Shown piece after piece: positions 8,700 to 19,263 of a DNA stretch of 64,000 bases. Below the pieces are notes generated by a model. The model made no database searches, was not told the origin of the DNA, and worked only from the letters and a program-made list of their open reading frames with translations. The DNA is from Alkaliphilus sp. (lineage in GTDB: Bacteria; Bacillota; Clostridia; Peptostreptococcales; NVVX01). The position numbers were made by a program, and so were the translations under genes. Each line of letters begins with the position of its first letter. Positions within the stretch are counted from its first letter, which is position 1. The stretch spans positions 45,099 to 109,098 of the forward strand of contig NVVX01000001.1 in NCBI GenBank assembly GCA_002733545.1. Direction: 5' to 3'.

Positions 8700-9674
8700 A
8701 TGAGAAATGAACCTATTGTAAGAGTAGAAGGACTAAAAAAGCATTTCCCAATTAAGTCAGGAGTAATGAGAAAAACTGTAGGATATGTAAGAGCCGTAGA
8801 TGGTTTGGATTTTGAAATAAAAGAGGGAAGAACATTAGGATTAGTAGGCGAATCAGGATGTGGAAAATCAACCACCGGTCGAACTATTATTAAATTGCTA
8901 GAAGCAACTGCAGGTAAAATATATTTTGAAGGACAAGATATTACATCTTTGTCTAAAAAAGAAATGCGTAAGTTAAGAACTAAAATACAAATTATTTTTC
9001 AAGATCCGTATAGTTCACTAAACCCAAGAATGACGGTAGGTGAAATTGTAGGGGAAGCACTGAAAGAGCATGGAATTGCATCGGGTAAAGAATTAGAGAA
9101 AAAAGTAATTGAAACTATTGAAAAATGCGGTTTAAGTTCTTATCATATTAGCAGATACCCGCATGAATTTAGTGGTGGGCAAAGACAAAGAATTGGAATA
9201 GCTAGAGCATTAGCACTAGATCCAAAATTTGTTGTATGTGATGAAGCGGTGTCAGCGCTGGATGTTTCTATTCAGGCGCAAGTTATTAATTTATTAAAAG
9301 AACTACAAAAGGAAATGGGTTTAACTTACCTGTTTATTTCGCATGATTTAAGTGTAGTAAATTATATTTCCGACGAAGTAGGAGTAATGTATTTAGGAAA
9401 TATAGTTGAACTAGCAGAAAAAAACGAACTATTTAACAATCCTAAACATCCGTATACACAAGCTCTTCTAGAAGCTATACCAAGCTCTAACCCTAGAGAG
9501 AGAAAGGAAGTAGTGCCACTAGAAGGTGAAATTCCATCGCCATCTAATCCACCATCTGGGTGCAAGTTTAGAACGCGTTGTCCTAAAGTAATGGATATTT
9601 GTTCGGAACAAGCTCCAGAATTTAAGGACATTGGAAATGAACATTTTGTAGCTTGCCACTTGATGGATATGTAG
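8700..9674 (+). CDS. oppF: Oligopeptide ABC transporter ATP-binding protein OppF
   Basis: ATG abuts the oppD stop. Walker A GESGCGKST, signature FSGGQRQR, Walker B FVVCDEAVSALD. Confidence 0.93.
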   Translation: MRNEPIVRVEGLKKHFPIKSGVMRKTVGYVRAVDGLDFEIKEGRTLGLVGESGCGKSTTGRTIIKLLEATAGKIYFEGQDITSLSKKEMRKLRTKIQIIFQDPYSSLNPRMTVGEIVGEALKEHGIASGKELEKKVIETIEKCGLSSYHISRYPHEFSGGQRQRIGIARALALDPKFVVCDEAVSALDVSIQAQVINLLKELQKEMGLTYLFISHDLSVVNYISDEVGVMYLGNIVELAEKNELFNNPKHPYTQALLEAIPSSNPRERKEVVPLEGEIPSPSNPPSGCKFRTRCPKVMDICSEQAPEFKDIGNEHFVACHLMDM

Positions 9675-9675
9675 C

Positions 9676-9843
9676 ATGTACGATATGTATGATAATAAAC
9701 AAAAAGAGAGCGACGAAAAGTTTAAAAGCACAGATATACTTGCTATGTGTCTAGCAGCCTTATGGATTGTTATACCATATGCTTTAGGTATTCTTGCAGT
9801 AATTTGGATCTTCTTTATATTATTTTCTGTGTTGTTTATATAA
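9676..9843 (+). CDS. Hypothetical small membrane peptide (55 aa), not in the supplied ORF track
   Basis: ATG 2 nt after the oppF stop. MYDMYDNKQKESDEKFKSTD followed by a ~35-aa hydrophobic tail. No obvious RBS; translational coupling is possible. Confidence 0.3.
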   Translation: MYDMYDNKQKESDEKFKSTDILAMCLAALWIVIPYALGILAVIWIFFILFSVLFI

Positions 9844-9906
9844 GCTAAACAGCTAAATAGGAGTATAAGAAAGAAATTAATTTAATAATCGCAGAATAGT
9901 TTAATA

Positions 9907-9946
9907 ATAGAGCAGTTATATTACATGTGTAATATAGCTGCTCTAT
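9907..9946 (+). terminator. Long hairpin (19-bp arms, one G-U) ending the opp operon
   Basis: atagagcagttatattaca tg tgtaatatagctgctctat followed by ttt. The T-tract is short. Confidence 0.5.
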
Positions 9947-10194
9947 TTGAATAAAAATAGAATTAATCAAGCAAATATTGATAAATATAACTATTAATAA
10001 TTGTCAACAATAAAAGTGGAAATATTAATTAATATTCAGAATTGGCTATTTTGCTTGATTATAGAGAATTTAAGTATTATAATACTTTTGTAGATAGAAA
10101 TTGAAGTGAAGTGAATTGTACTACAAATGAACGTGGCTTAGTTTTCATTATTTTTACCAAAAGGTAAAAATGCTTATAATAGGAGGGAAATAAT

Positions 10195-11757
10195 ATGATT
10201 AAGAACAAAAAGATTTTAGTATTATTGAGTTTGGTATTAGTATTTTCTTTATTTGTTGTCGGATGTGGAAAAACTGAAGACACACCTGGTACTGACCAAC
10301 CAGCTGACAAAGCACCAGAAGTAAGAGACACTTTGATTGTTGGACAAGGTGCAGATGCAAAGATTTTAGACCCACATGCAACAAATGATCAACCATCTTC
10401 AAGAGTTATGAAACAGATTTATGAAACTCTTATTACACAAAACGAACAAATGGAATTAGAACCTGGCTTAGCAGTATCTTGGGAAAAAGTTGATGATTTA
10501 ACTTTTGAATTCAAGTTAAGACAAGGTGTTAAATTCCACAATGGCGAAGAATTTAAAGCAAGCGATGTTAAATTTACACTATTAAGAGCAGTAGAATCGC
10601 CAACAATTGGACATATTGTTGGAGCGATTGACCCAGAGTCAATTGAAATAATTGATGACTACACTATTAGAATTTCTACAAAGAATCCATTTGCTCCTCT
10701 ACTTGCACATTTAGCTCATGGAGCATCAAGCATGCTTAATGAAAAAGCTGTAGCTGAAGGTGGAGATGACTACGGGCAAAACCCAGTAGGAACTGGACCA
10801 TTCAAACTATATGAATGGAAATCAGGAGATTCTATCGAACTAGTTAGATTTGAAGATTTTCATGGTGCTCAACCAAAAATCGAAAGAATTATTATGAGAA
10901 ATATACCAGAAGGAACTAATAGAGCAATTGAATTAGAAACTGGAGCAATTGACATAGCTTTTGATATTGCACCAACAGATGTTAATAGAATTGATGAAAA
11001 CAAAGAGTTAACACTTGTTAGAGACCCTAATTTATCTACAGCATATATCGGTTTTAACGCCGCTAAAAAGCCTTATGATGATGTTAGAGTAAGACAAGCA
11101 ATTAACTATGCAATTGATATGGATTCAATCATCGAAGCTGTATACCTAGGAATAGGCGAACCAGCTATTGGACCTCTAGGTGCTAATGTATGGGCTTCTC
11201 ATAGAGGACTTACACCTTATGGATTTGATGTTGATAAAGCAAAAGAATTAATGAAAGAAGCTGGTCTAGAAGACGGTTTCAAAACTACAATTTGGACTAA
11301 TGAAAACCAACAAAGAATGGATATAGCAGAAATAGTACAAAATCAATTAAAAGCAATTAATATAGAAACTGAAGTAAAAGTACTTGAGTGGGGTTCATAC
11401 CTTGATGGTACAGCTGCTGGAGAACATGATATGTTTATCCTTGGATGGACTACTGTAACAGGTGACCCTGATTATGGATTATATCCTCTATTCCACTCTG
11501 AGCAATATGGTAGTGCAGGAAACAGAACTTTCTGGTCTACACCAAGATCTGATGAGTTATTAACTCTTGGAAGAACAACTGCAGATCCAGAAAAGAGAAA
11601 AGAATATTATATGGAAGCTCAAGAAATTATTAGAGATGAAGCACCATGGGTGTTTACATGGAATGGCGAGAACGTTTCTGGAACAAGAAACAATGTAAGA
11701 GGATTTATGCAACATCCAGCAGGACATCATAAACTATTTACAGTTTATTTTGAATAA
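10195..11757 (+). CDS. Peptide (Dpp/Gsi-like) ABC transporter substrate-binding lipoprotein, family 5
   Basis: RBS AGGAGGG. Lipobox VVGC. Typical family 5 blocks: VKFHNGEEF, GTGPFKLYEW and LGWTTVTGDPDY. Confidence 0.88.
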   Translation: MIKNKKILVLLSLVLVFSLFVVGCGKTEDTPGTDQPADKAPEVRDTLIVGQGADAKILDPHATNDQPSSRVMKQIYETLITQNEQMELEPGLAVSWEKVDDLTFEFKLRQGVKFHNGEEFKASDVKFTLLRAVESPTIGHIVGAIDPESIEIIDDYTIRISTKNPFAPLLAHLAHGASSMLNEKAVAEGGDDYGQNPVGTGPFKLYEWKSGDSIELVRFEDFHGAQPKIERIIMRNIPEGTNRAIELETGAIDIAFDIAPTDVNRIDENKELTLVRDPNLSTAYIGFNAAKKPYDDVRVRQAINYAIDMDSIIEAVYLGIGEPAIGPLGANVWASHRGLTPYGFDVDKAKELMKEAGLEDGFKTTIWTNENQQRMDIAEIVQNQLKAINIETEVKVLEWGSYLDGTAAGEHDMFILGWTTVTGDPDYGLYPLFHSEQYGSAGNRTFWSTPRSDELLTLGRTTADPEKRKEYYMEAQEIIRDEAPWVFTWNGENVSGTRNNVRGFMQHPAGHHKLFTVYFE

Positions 11758-11810
11758 GTAACATAACAGCGAATAACAAAGAAACTCTTTGGAAATACTG
11801 AAACTGACAC

Positions 11811-11841
11811 AATATAGGGTCATATTATATGGCCCTATATT
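11811..11841 (+). promoter_or_regulatory. Hairpin between SBP and permease genes
   Basis: aatatagggtcatat t atatggccctatatt, with one mismatch. Confidence 0.4.
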
Positions 11842-11881
11842 AATGCTTAATCTACAGCAAATCATGGAAGGAGTAGTTTGA

Positions 11882-12811
11882 ATGCATAAGTACATTTTAA
11901 GAAGACTATTATTACTGATTCCTGTAATGCTTGGCGTTGCATTCATTGTATTTACAATGATGTACTTTACACCAGGAGATCCTGCAGCAATTATGCTTGG
12001 AGAAGCAGCATCTGAACACGATGTAGAGAGACTTAGAGAAGAAATGGGATTAGACAGACCATTTATTGTTCAATTCTCTACTTATATTAAGAACTTAGTT
12101 GTTCACCAAGATATTGGTAGATCCTATCAGTCGAAAAAACCTGTTGTTACAGCGATACTAGAACGTTTTCCTACTACGCTTAAATTAGCAGCTTTAGGAG
12201 TGTTAGTAGCCGTGCTACTGGGGATACCGACAGGAATAATTTCTGCTACAAAGCAGTACTCAATATTTGATTCAGCTTCAATGGTAGCAGCTTTACTTGG
12301 AGTATCTATGCCAAACTTTTGGCAAGGATTAATGAGTATTATAGTATTTTCAGTATGGTTAGGATGGTTGCCATCGTCAGGGTTTTCTACCCCTATGCAT
12401 ATGATTTTACCCGCACTGACAATAGGTACAAGTTCAGCGGCTATAATTACTAGAATGACAAGATCTAGCATGTTAGAAGTAATTCGTCAAGACTACATTA
12501 GAACTGCTAGAGCAAAAGGACAAAAAGAGTTTATAGTAATTACTAGACATGCATTAAAAAATGCATTGATTCCTGTGCTCACTGTAGTTGGACTACAATT
12601 TGGATATCTTTTAGGAGGAGCAGTTTTAACAGAAACTATTTTCTCTATACCAGGAGTTGGAAGACTAATGGTTGATGCAATTAAGCAAAGAGATTTTCCA
12701 ATAGTACAAGGTGGAGTGCTTTTTCTTGCAATTACATTTAGTTTTATGAATTTGCTTATTGATATTTTATACGCATTTGTCGATCCTAGAATCAAATCAC
12801 AGTACAAATAG
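11882..12811 (+). CDS. Peptide ABC transporter permease (DppB-like)
   Basis: MHKYILRRLLLLIPVMLGVAFIVF N-terminus and the block YIRTARAKGQ. Confidence 0.92.
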   Translation: MHKYILRRLLLLIPVMLGVAFIVFTMMYFTPGDPAAIMLGEAASEHDVERLREEMGLDRPFIVQFSTYIKNLVVHQDIGRSYQSKKPVVTAILERFPTTLKLAALGVLVAVLLGIPTGIISATKQYSIFDSASMVAALLGVSMPNFWQGLMSIIVFSVWLGWLPSSGFSTPMHMILPALTIGTSSAAIITRMTRSSMLEVIRQDYIRTARAKGQKEFIVITRHALKNALIPVLTVVGLQFGYLLGGAVLTETIFSIPGVGRLMVDAIKQRDFPIVQGGVLFLAITFSFMNLLIDILYAFVDPRIKSQYK

Positions 12812-12838
12812 ATGTTTTTAAGTGAAGGAGGTATATAA

Positions 12839-13699
12839 ATGAATAAACAAGGTCAAAAAAGAGGACCATGGAGAGAAGTATGGAGAAGATTGAAACAAAA
12901 TAAAGCTGCAATGGTTGGATTAGCAATCATTTTAATACTAGTATTCTCAGCAATTTTCGCAGATTTTATTGCTCCATACGGATATGACGATCAAGATTTG
13001 AAAGCAAGGTTACAAGGTCCAAGTATGCAACATTTTTTAGGAACAGATAATTTTGGTAGAGACATTCTTAGTCGTATAATTTATGGTTCAAGAGTTTCTT
13101 TACAGGTAGGATTTATTGCTGTTGGTATAGCGATTGCTGTTGGTGGAACGTTAGGTGCCATTTCTGGTTACTATGGCAAAAGACTTGACAACGTTATCAT
13201 GAGACTTATGGATGTTCTGCTAGCAATTCCGGGTATATTATTAGCTATCTCAATTGTAGCAGCGCTAGGGTCTGGTTTGCAGAATGTTATGATAGCCGTT
13301 GGAATAGGTAGTATTCCAGGATACGCTCGTATAGTAAGATCTTCAGTATTAACAATTAGAGAGCAAGAATTTATAGAAGCTGCAAGAGCAGTAGGTGCGA
13401 GCGATTTTAGGATCATTACAAAGCATATTATTCCGAACGCACTAGCTCCAATTATAGTGCAATCTACATTAGGAGTTGCTGGAGCTATTTTATCAGCTGC
13501 AGGGTTAAGTTTTATTGGATTAGGGTTTCAGCCACCAACACCTGAGTGGGGCGCGATGCTATCAACTGGAAGAAATTTCATTAGGGACCACTGGCACATG
13601 ACAGCTTTTCCAGGACTTGCAATTATGATTACAATTTTTGGTCTGAATCTTTTAGGAGATGGACTAAGAGATGCACTTGATCCTAGGTTAAAGAATTAA
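12839..13699 (+). CDS. Peptide ABC transporter permease (DppC-like)
   Basis: RBS GAAGGAGG. Blocks EFIEAARAVGAS and LGDGLRDALDPRLK. Confidence 0.92.
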   Translation: MNKQGQKRGPWREVWRRLKQNKAAMVGLAIILILVFSAIFADFIAPYGYDDQDLKARLQGPSMQHFLGTDNFGRDILSRIIYGSRVSLQVGFIAVGIAIAVGGTLGAISGYYGKRLDNVIMRLMDVLLAIPGILLAISIVAALGSGLQNVMIAVGIGSIPGYARIVRSSVLTIREQEFIEAARAVGASDFRIITKHIIPNALAPIIVQSTLGVAGAILSAAGLSFIGLGFQPPTPEWGAMLSTGRNFIRDHWHMTAFPGLAIMITIFGLNLLGDGLRDALDPRLKN

Positions 13700-13720
13700 G
13701 TTGAATAGGAGAGTAAAATA

Positions 13721-14692
13721 ATGGATAAAAACAAAAAAATGCTAAGTATAAATAACTTATCGATTCATTATATAACTGAAGAAGGTACTGTTGCAGCTGT
13801 TCAAGATATGAACCTTGAAGTTGCTGAAGGTGAAACGCTTGGACTAGTTGGAGAAACAGGCGCGGGCAAAACGACTACTGCACTTGGAATTATGAGATTA
13901 ATTCCTGAACCTCCAGGTAAAATAGTACAAGGTGAAATTGTTTTCCAAGGCAAAAACTTACTAGATATGACGACAGAGCAAATGCGTGAGATACGTGGGA
14001 ACAAGATTTCAATGATTTTCCAAGATCCAATGACTTCACTAAACCCTGTTATTCCTGTTGGAGAACAAATAGCTGAGGTAATTATACTACATCAAAACGT
14101 TAATGCTAGAGAAGCTCTAGAAAGAGCAGCTGAAATGTTAGAAAAAGTAGGTATCCCGCCTGAGAGAATAAAGGAATATCCGCATCAATTTAGCGGAGGA
14201 ATGAGGCAACGTGTAGTTATTGCTATTGCACTTGCATGTAACCCCAAATTATTAATTGCAGATGAACCAACAACAGCATTAGATGTAACTATACAAGCTC
14301 AAGTTTTAAAATTAATGAACAACTTGAAAAAAGAATTTAATACTTCAATGATTATGATTACTCATGACTTGGGTGTAGTTGCTGAAGTTTGCGATAAAGT
14401 AGCGATTATGTATGCTGGAAACGTTATTGAGTATACCGATAAAAAATCTTTATTCACTGAACCTAGACATCCATATACTTTAGGTTTATTTGGATCGATT
14501 CCTAGTATAGAAGATGATGAAGAACGGTTAAATCCAATTAAAGGGCTAATGCCTGATCCTACAAACATTCCTTCTGGGTGTCCGTTTCATCCGAGATGTC
14601 CTAAGGTTATGGAAATTTGCTCTGAAAAAGTGCCTAAAGATACTGAAGTTTCAAAAGGTCATTTTGTAAAGTGCTTATTGTATGAAGAGTAA
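13721..14692 (+). CDS. Peptide ABC transporter ATP-binding protein (DppD-like)
   Basis: Walker A GETGAGKT, signature FSGGMRQR, Walker [13 protein letters not shown]. Confidence 0.93.
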   Translation: MDKNKKMLSINNLSIHYITEEGTVAAVQDMNLEVAEGETLGLVGETGAGKTTTALGIMRLIPEPPGKIVQGEIVFQGKNLLDMTTEQMREIRGNKISMIFQDPMTSLNPVIPVGEQIAEVIILHQNVNAREALERAAEMLEKVGIPPERIKEYPHQFSGGMRQRVVIAIALACNPKLLIADEPTTALDVTIQAQVLKLMNNLKKEFNTSMIMITHDLGVVAEVCDKVAIMYAGNVIEYTDKKSLFTEPRHPYTLGLFGSIPSIEDDEERLNPIKGLMPDPTNIPSGCPFHPRCPKVMEICSEKVPKDTEVSKGHFVKCLLYEE

Positions 14693-14716
14693 AATAAAAC
14701 GTACTGAGGTGATAAC

Positions 14717-15688
14717 ATGCAAAAAAAATTAATAGAGGTAAAAAACCTTAAAAAATATTTTCCTACAAATAAAGGAATGCTGCACGCAGTGGATGGTGTT
14801 AATTTCTACATTAATGAAGGTGAAACTCTTGGTTTAGTTGGAGAGTCAGGATGTGGTAAATCGACAACTGGTAGAGTTGTTTTAAGACTATTAGAAGCTA
14901 CAGCGGGAGAAATTATTTACGATGGGAAAGATATTTTAAAAGTCGATAAACGACGAATGAGGGAATTAAGAAGAGATATGCAAATTGTATTTCAAGATCC
15001 GTATGCATCACTAAATCCTAGGATGAGCGTGTCTCAAATTATTGCTGAGCCTTTGACTGTTAATAAAGTCTTCAAAAATAAAAACGAACTTGATGCTAGA
15101 GTTAAAGAATTAATGGATACAGTTGGATTAACTCAAAGACTAGTCAACACATATCCACATGAGCTAGACGGTGGAAGGCGACAAAGGATAGGAATTGCGC
15201 GTGCATTAGCACTAAAACCAAGGTTTATTGTTCAAGATGAACCTGTGTCAGCATTAGATGTGTCGATACAAGCCCAAATATTAAATCTTATGTCTGATTT
15301 ACAAAAAGAATTTAGCTTAACTTACTTGTTTATTTCACACGATTTAAGTGTAGTAAAGCATGTAAGTAACCGTATTGCTGTAATGTATTTAGGGAAAATC
15401 GTAGAACTGTCGGAATATGGAACTATGTTTAAGAACCCAATTCATCCATACACACAGGCATTATTATCTGCAATTCCTGTGCCTAGGTTACATTCAACTA
15501 ACGAGAAGATTATTTTAGAAGGTGATGTTCCTAGTCCAATAAATCCACCAGAAGGGTGTAGATTTTATGGTCGATGTATGTATAGACAAGACATATGTAA
15601 TCAAAAAACGCCAGAATTAAAAGATATCGGAGAAAAGCGTTATGTTGCATGTCACTTTGCAGAGAACTTAAAACCTGCAAAAAAATAG
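14717..15688 (+). CDS. Peptide ABC transporter ATP-binding protein (DppF-like)
   Basis: Walker A GESGCGKST, a signature variant LDGGRRQR, Walker B FIVQDEPVSALD. Confidence 0.92.
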   Translation: MQKKLIEVKNLKKYFPTNKGMLHAVDGVNFYINEGETLGLVGESGCGKSTTGRVVLRLLEATAGEIIYDGKDILKVDKRRMRELRRDMQIVFQDPYASLNPRMSVSQIIAEPLTVNKVFKNKNELDARVKELMDTVGLTQRLVNTYPHELDGGRRQRIGIARALALKPRFIVQDEPVSALDVSIQAQILNLMSDLQKEFSLTYLFISHDLSVVKHVSNRIAVMYLGKIVELSEYGTMFKNPIHPYTQALLSAIPVPRLHSTNEKIILEGDVPSPINPPEGCRFYGRCMYRQDICNQKTPELKDIGEKRYVACHFAENLKPAKK

Positions 15689-15708
15689 ATTTTAGTTGAA
15701 TCAAATTA

Positions 15709-15737
15709 AAATAAGGGTGCCCACCCTTATTTTTTTA
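15709..15737 (+). terminator. Rho-independent terminator
   Basis: ataagggtg cc cacccttat followed by a run of T. Confidence 0.8.
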
Positions 15738-15797
15738 GTTGAGTATGTTTTTTGAAAACTATTATGATAGAATAAAAGAAAAAAGGAGTGTGATTCT

Positions 15798-16340
15798 TTG
15801 ATGAAAAATGAAATTGATAGAGTTTTATTTTCAAAAGAAGCAATTGCTTTAAAAGTGAAAGAGATTGGGTTGCAAATAACAGAAGAATACCAAGATGAGA
15901 AAAATTTGGTTGTTGTCGGTATATTAAAAGGCGCAAATATTTTTTTAAGTGATTTGATTAGAGAAATTGATATTCCGCTCTACATTGACTTTATGGCAGT
16001 ATCTAGTTATGGAAATTCTACTGAGAGCTCTGGAGTAGTGAGAATATTGAAAGATATAGAAATAGATTTAACCGGGAAGCATGTCTTAATTGTAGAAGAC
16101 ATTGTAGATACTGGGCTAACTTTAGAGTATCTTACTTCTAACATTCTATCTAGAAATGTTGCATCTCTAAAAGTTTGCACTCTTTTAGATAAGCCTGCTA
16201 AGAGAAAATCTAAGGTCAAAATTGATTATATAGGTTTTGATATACCAGATGAATTCGTTGTTGGGTACGGAATTGATTATGCTGAAAAGTATAGAAATTT
16301 ACCTTACATTGGAGTTTTAAAAGAAGAAGTATATAAGTAA
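15798..16340 (+). CDS. hpt: Hypoxanthine phosphoribosyltransferase
   Basis: PRPP-binding block VLIVEDIVDTGLTL and C-terminal VVGYGIDYAEKYRNLPYIG. The start could be TTG 15798 or ATG 15801. Confidence 0.92.
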   Translation: MMKNEIDRVLFSKEAIALKVKEIGLQITEEYQDEKNLVVVGILKGANIFLSDLIREIDIPLYIDFMAVSSYGNSTESSGVVRILKDIEIDLTGKHVLIVEDIVDTGLTLEYLTSNILSRNVASLKVCTLLDKPAKRKSKVKIDYIGFDIPDEFVVGYGIDYAEKYRNLPYIGVLKEEVYK

Positions 16341-16425
16341 TCGCTGTGTTTTAACTGATTTGTATGTATACATGCATCTTTCTTTACGCATACTAGATGA
16401 TGAATTCAATATAGGAGGTAATAAT

Positions 16426-16599
16426 ATGCGTAATGAAAAGAGTTTTGAACAAATGAAAGAGGAGTTTATTCAAGCAAACTTAGATGCTAAAATTGACATG
16501 TACAAAACAGCAGAAGGACTTTCAGTCGATCAATTTAAGCAACTACTAAAGCATTTTCCCATTCAGCACATTGATAAACTAGAAAGAGCATTGAGTTAG
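16426..16599 (+). CDS. Hypothetical small helical protein (57 aa)
   Basis: Strong RBS TAGGAGGT 7 nt before ATG 16426. The longer track form from 16360 has no RBS. Confidence 0.5.
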   Translation: MRNEKSFEQMKEEFIQANLDAKIDMYKTAEGLSVDQFKQLLKHFPIQHIDKLERALS

Positions 16600-16745
16600 A
16601 ATCAAAATAATAGTATAGCAAATGAAAATGGAGACGCTTCTCTTGACATGCTTTGCTTAGGATTTTGATTTCTACGTATGGAAATATCAAGGGACGTTCC
16701 GTTTCATATGTTATCTGTATAGTTCTTGCAAGCTGGAGGTTTGAT

Positions 16746-17756
16746 GTGAACAAGTCAGAAATTTTTTTAGAAAAAATGATTAAACAAATTAGATGCTATA
16801 AAAAAAACAGATCTAATAGCAGAAGATTTAATGCGTACTACCTGAGTAATAAAGAAGACTTGAGAAATAATATAGCTAGAAAAATTGATTATGTTGTTAT
16901 AAGAGTATTCATTTTACTGTCTATTTTTGTAGTGGTTTTTTTGAGTTTGAAAAATATTGTAAATTCATTTTTTGTTGCCAGTATTTTTCTAAGCATATTT
17001 CAAATTATTACTATAAGAAAACGCAATAAAATGCTATCTTACCAAAAAAAGTATAAGCGAAGACTTGTGGCGAGTCAGAAAGTATATAAAGATATTATAA
17101 ATAAGCCGATGGAAGAGTTAAAAAAATATATAGTAGAAATTTTGCAAAAGAGCGATTTAAGAGATATAGAAGAATTAATGTCAAATAGCAGTAACTTTAC
17201 ATATAATGCGACGTATAAAAATGAAATAATTTCTGTTTCTTTTTTTATCTATAAAGTAGACTATCTTATAGAATTAAAAGAATTGAAAGAATTTCTTTTT
17301 AATTCAAAAAATAATAAGGTAAACAAAGGGATCGTTATCACCACTTCAGATTTTACAAAGGATTGCTACGAATTAACAAATGAAATATCAAAAAACTATA
17401 AGTTGTTACTAATTAATAAGGAAAAATTAATAATGCTAATTGAAAGTGGCGATATGTTTCCGACAGAAGAAGAAATAGACGAAAGCATAGAAGAGATAAT
17501 ACATAAAAAATTTAAAACTCCAGAAAAATACAAAACAGTACTATTTAACGAAACTAAAATAAAAAAATACTTATCTTTGAGCTTTTTTTTATTTATTTTG
17601 TCTTTTTTTACGCCATATATTATCTATTATATGTCAGCAGCGGGTTTTACATTTGGCTTAGCATGTGTTACGTCTATACTTAAAGTAAAAAACATAAGAG
17701 AAAACACAAAAAAATGTTCAGATGAAGATGAAAGACTGCTAGATTTAGACACGTAA
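16746..17756 (+). CDS. Hypothetical membrane protein with a restriction-endonuclease-like (Mrr_cat-like) central region
   Basis: GTG 16746 lies 6 nt after TGGAGG. TM pairs occur near both termini. The central block KGIVITTSDFTKDCYEL resembles the conserved Mrr-type motif. Confidence 0.45.
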   Translation: MNKSEIFLEKMIKQIRCYKKNRSNSRRFNAYYLSNKEDLRNNIARKIDYVVIRVFILLSIFVVVFLSLKNIVNSFFVASIFLSIFQIITIRKRNKMLSYQKKYKRRLVASQKVYKDIINKPMEELKKYIVEILQKSDLRDIEELMSNSSNFTYNATYKNEIISVSFFIYKVDYLIELKELKEFLFNSKNNKVNKGIVITTSDFTKDCYELTNEISKNYKLLLINKEKLIMLIESGDMFPTEEEIDESIEEIIHKKFKTPEKYKTVLFNETKIKKYLSLSFFLFILSFFTPYIIYYMSAAGFTFGLACVTSILKVKNIRENTKKCSDEDERLLDLDT

Positions 17757-17852
17757 GCATCTAATATCTGATTCGACAATTGAGTTGATTTTTACAACGA
17801 AAAAAAGTATAATAGTATAGCTTAGATTGTTTACGAATTGAGGAGGATAAAA

Positions 17853-18428
17853 ATGATTAATAACAAATTACCTATTTCACTGTCAAATAGACATCTTCAC
17901 CTTAAAAAAGAACATATTGACCTTTTATTTGGTTTAGATTATGAACTTACCAAAATGAAAGATTTGTCGCAGCCAGGGCAGTACGCTGCTATGGAAAAAG
18001 TAGATTTAGTAGGAAGAAAAGGCGTTATTAAAGGAGTAAGAGTATTAGGTCCTGCAAGAAACAAAACTCAGGTTGAAATTTCTAAGACCGACAGTTTTGT
18101 ATTGGGAATAGAGACCCCAGTACGTGATTCGGGTGATTTAGATGGAAGTGCAGGGCTTAAAATAATAGGTCCGAAAGGCGAGGTAGTTCTAGAAGATGGT
18201 GTAATCCTTGCTGCAAGACACATACATATGCATACTGAGGATGCTAAACGTTTTGGAGTGACAGACAAACAAGTTGTAAGGATTAAAACTAGTGGTGAAC
18301 GTGCTATTATATTTGAAAATGTTTTAGTAAGAGTTAACCCAAGCTATTCTTTAGAAATGCACGTTGACGTTGATGAAGGAAATGCAGCGCTAATTAATAA
18401 TTATGATTTAGTAGAATTAATTAAGTAG
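17853..18428 (+). CDS. pduL: Phosphate propanoyl/acetyl-transferase PduL
   Basis: RBS GAGGAGG before ATG 17853. Duplicated PduL motifs: SNRHLHL, and ARHIHMH with LEMHVDVDEGNA. Confidence 0.85.
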   Translation: MINNKLPISLSNRHLHLKKEHIDLLFGLDYELTKMKDLSQPGQYAAMEKVDLVGRKGVIKGVRVLGPARNKTQVEISKTDSFVLGIETPVRDSGDLDGSAGLKIIGPKGEVVLEDGVILAARHIHMHTEDAKRFGVTDKQVVRIKTSGERAIIFENVLVRVNPSYSLEMHVDVDEGNAALINNYDLVELIK

Positions 18429-18480
18429 AACCCTCTGCTTAAAAATATAATTATACTCGAAGGTATAGGAGGAAAGTAAT

Positions 18481-19152
18481 ATGAACATATCAAAATATAT
18501 AGATCATACAGTCTTAAAAGCGGAAACAAAGGAAGTTGACGTAAAAAGACATTGTATTGAAGCTAAAGAACATGGCTTTTTTTCAGTTTGTGTTAATAGC
18601 TCTTATGTTGAACTTGTAGCGAAGGAACTAAAAAATAGTGATGTAAAGATAACGGCAGTAGTTGGATTTCCTTTAGGAGCATCAACTTCTGAAACTAAAG
18701 CATTTGAAACTAAAGATGCAATTAAAAAAGGTGCAAGTGAGATCGACATGGTAATAAATGTAGGCGCACTTAAAGATAAAAAATATGATTATATTCTAGG
18801 TGATATTAAAGCAGTTGTTGATGCAGCAGATAAAAAAGCTATTGTGAAAGTAATAATTGAAGCATCACTATTAAACCTTGATGAAAAGAAAAAAGCATGC
18901 GAGATTGCAAAAGAAGCAAAAGCCGACTTTGTAAAGACTTCGACTGGATTTAGTACAGGTGGAGCTACAATAGAAGACATTAAGTTAATGAGAGAAATTG
19001 TAGGTAGCGAGTTAGGAGTAAAAGCTTCAGGTGGAATAAGAGATTATGAAACAGCGATGAAAATGATTAATGCGGGTGCGTCAAGACTTGGTTGCAGTGC
19101 ATCAGTGAGCATTGTTACCGGTGCAAAAGAAAATAATAGTGCAGGGTACTAG
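18481..19152 (+). CDS. deoC: Deoxyribose-phosphate aldolase
   Basis: IDHTVLK, GFPLGA, DMVINVG, and FVKTSTGF carrying the Schiff-base Lys context. Confidence 0.93.
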   Translation: MNISKYIDHTVLKAETKEVDVKRHCIEAKEHGFFSVCVNSSYVELVAKELKNSDVKITAVVGFPLGASTSETKAFETKDAIKKGASEIDMVINVGALKDKKYDYILGDIKAVVDAADKKAIVKVIIEASLLNLDEKKKACEIAKEAKADFVKTSTGFSTGGATIEDIKLMREIVGSELGVKASGGIRDYETAMKMINAGASRLGCSASVSIVTGAKENNSAGY

Positions 19153-19263
19153 CTTCGTTTTGGAGGAATGCATGAACAAGAAAAAAGTCAATACGTTTTT
19201 GTTAGAGCGAATAAAGTGCTTCTAAATTTAAAAATCAAAGATTGTTAGAACCAAGGGGGATAT

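Noticed and set aside
10031-10045. CodY-box-like aatattcagaattgg upstream of the second peptide operon.
   Set aside because: Only about 10 of 15 matches to AATTTTCWGAAAATT, which is not distinguishable from AT-rich background.
17735-17760. Shared string gcta(g/c)atttagacacgtaa at 17737-17755 and 24567-24585.
   Set aside because: A rough expectation for an AT-rich 64-kb window predicts several 18-of-19 matches by chance. The flanks show no further similarity.
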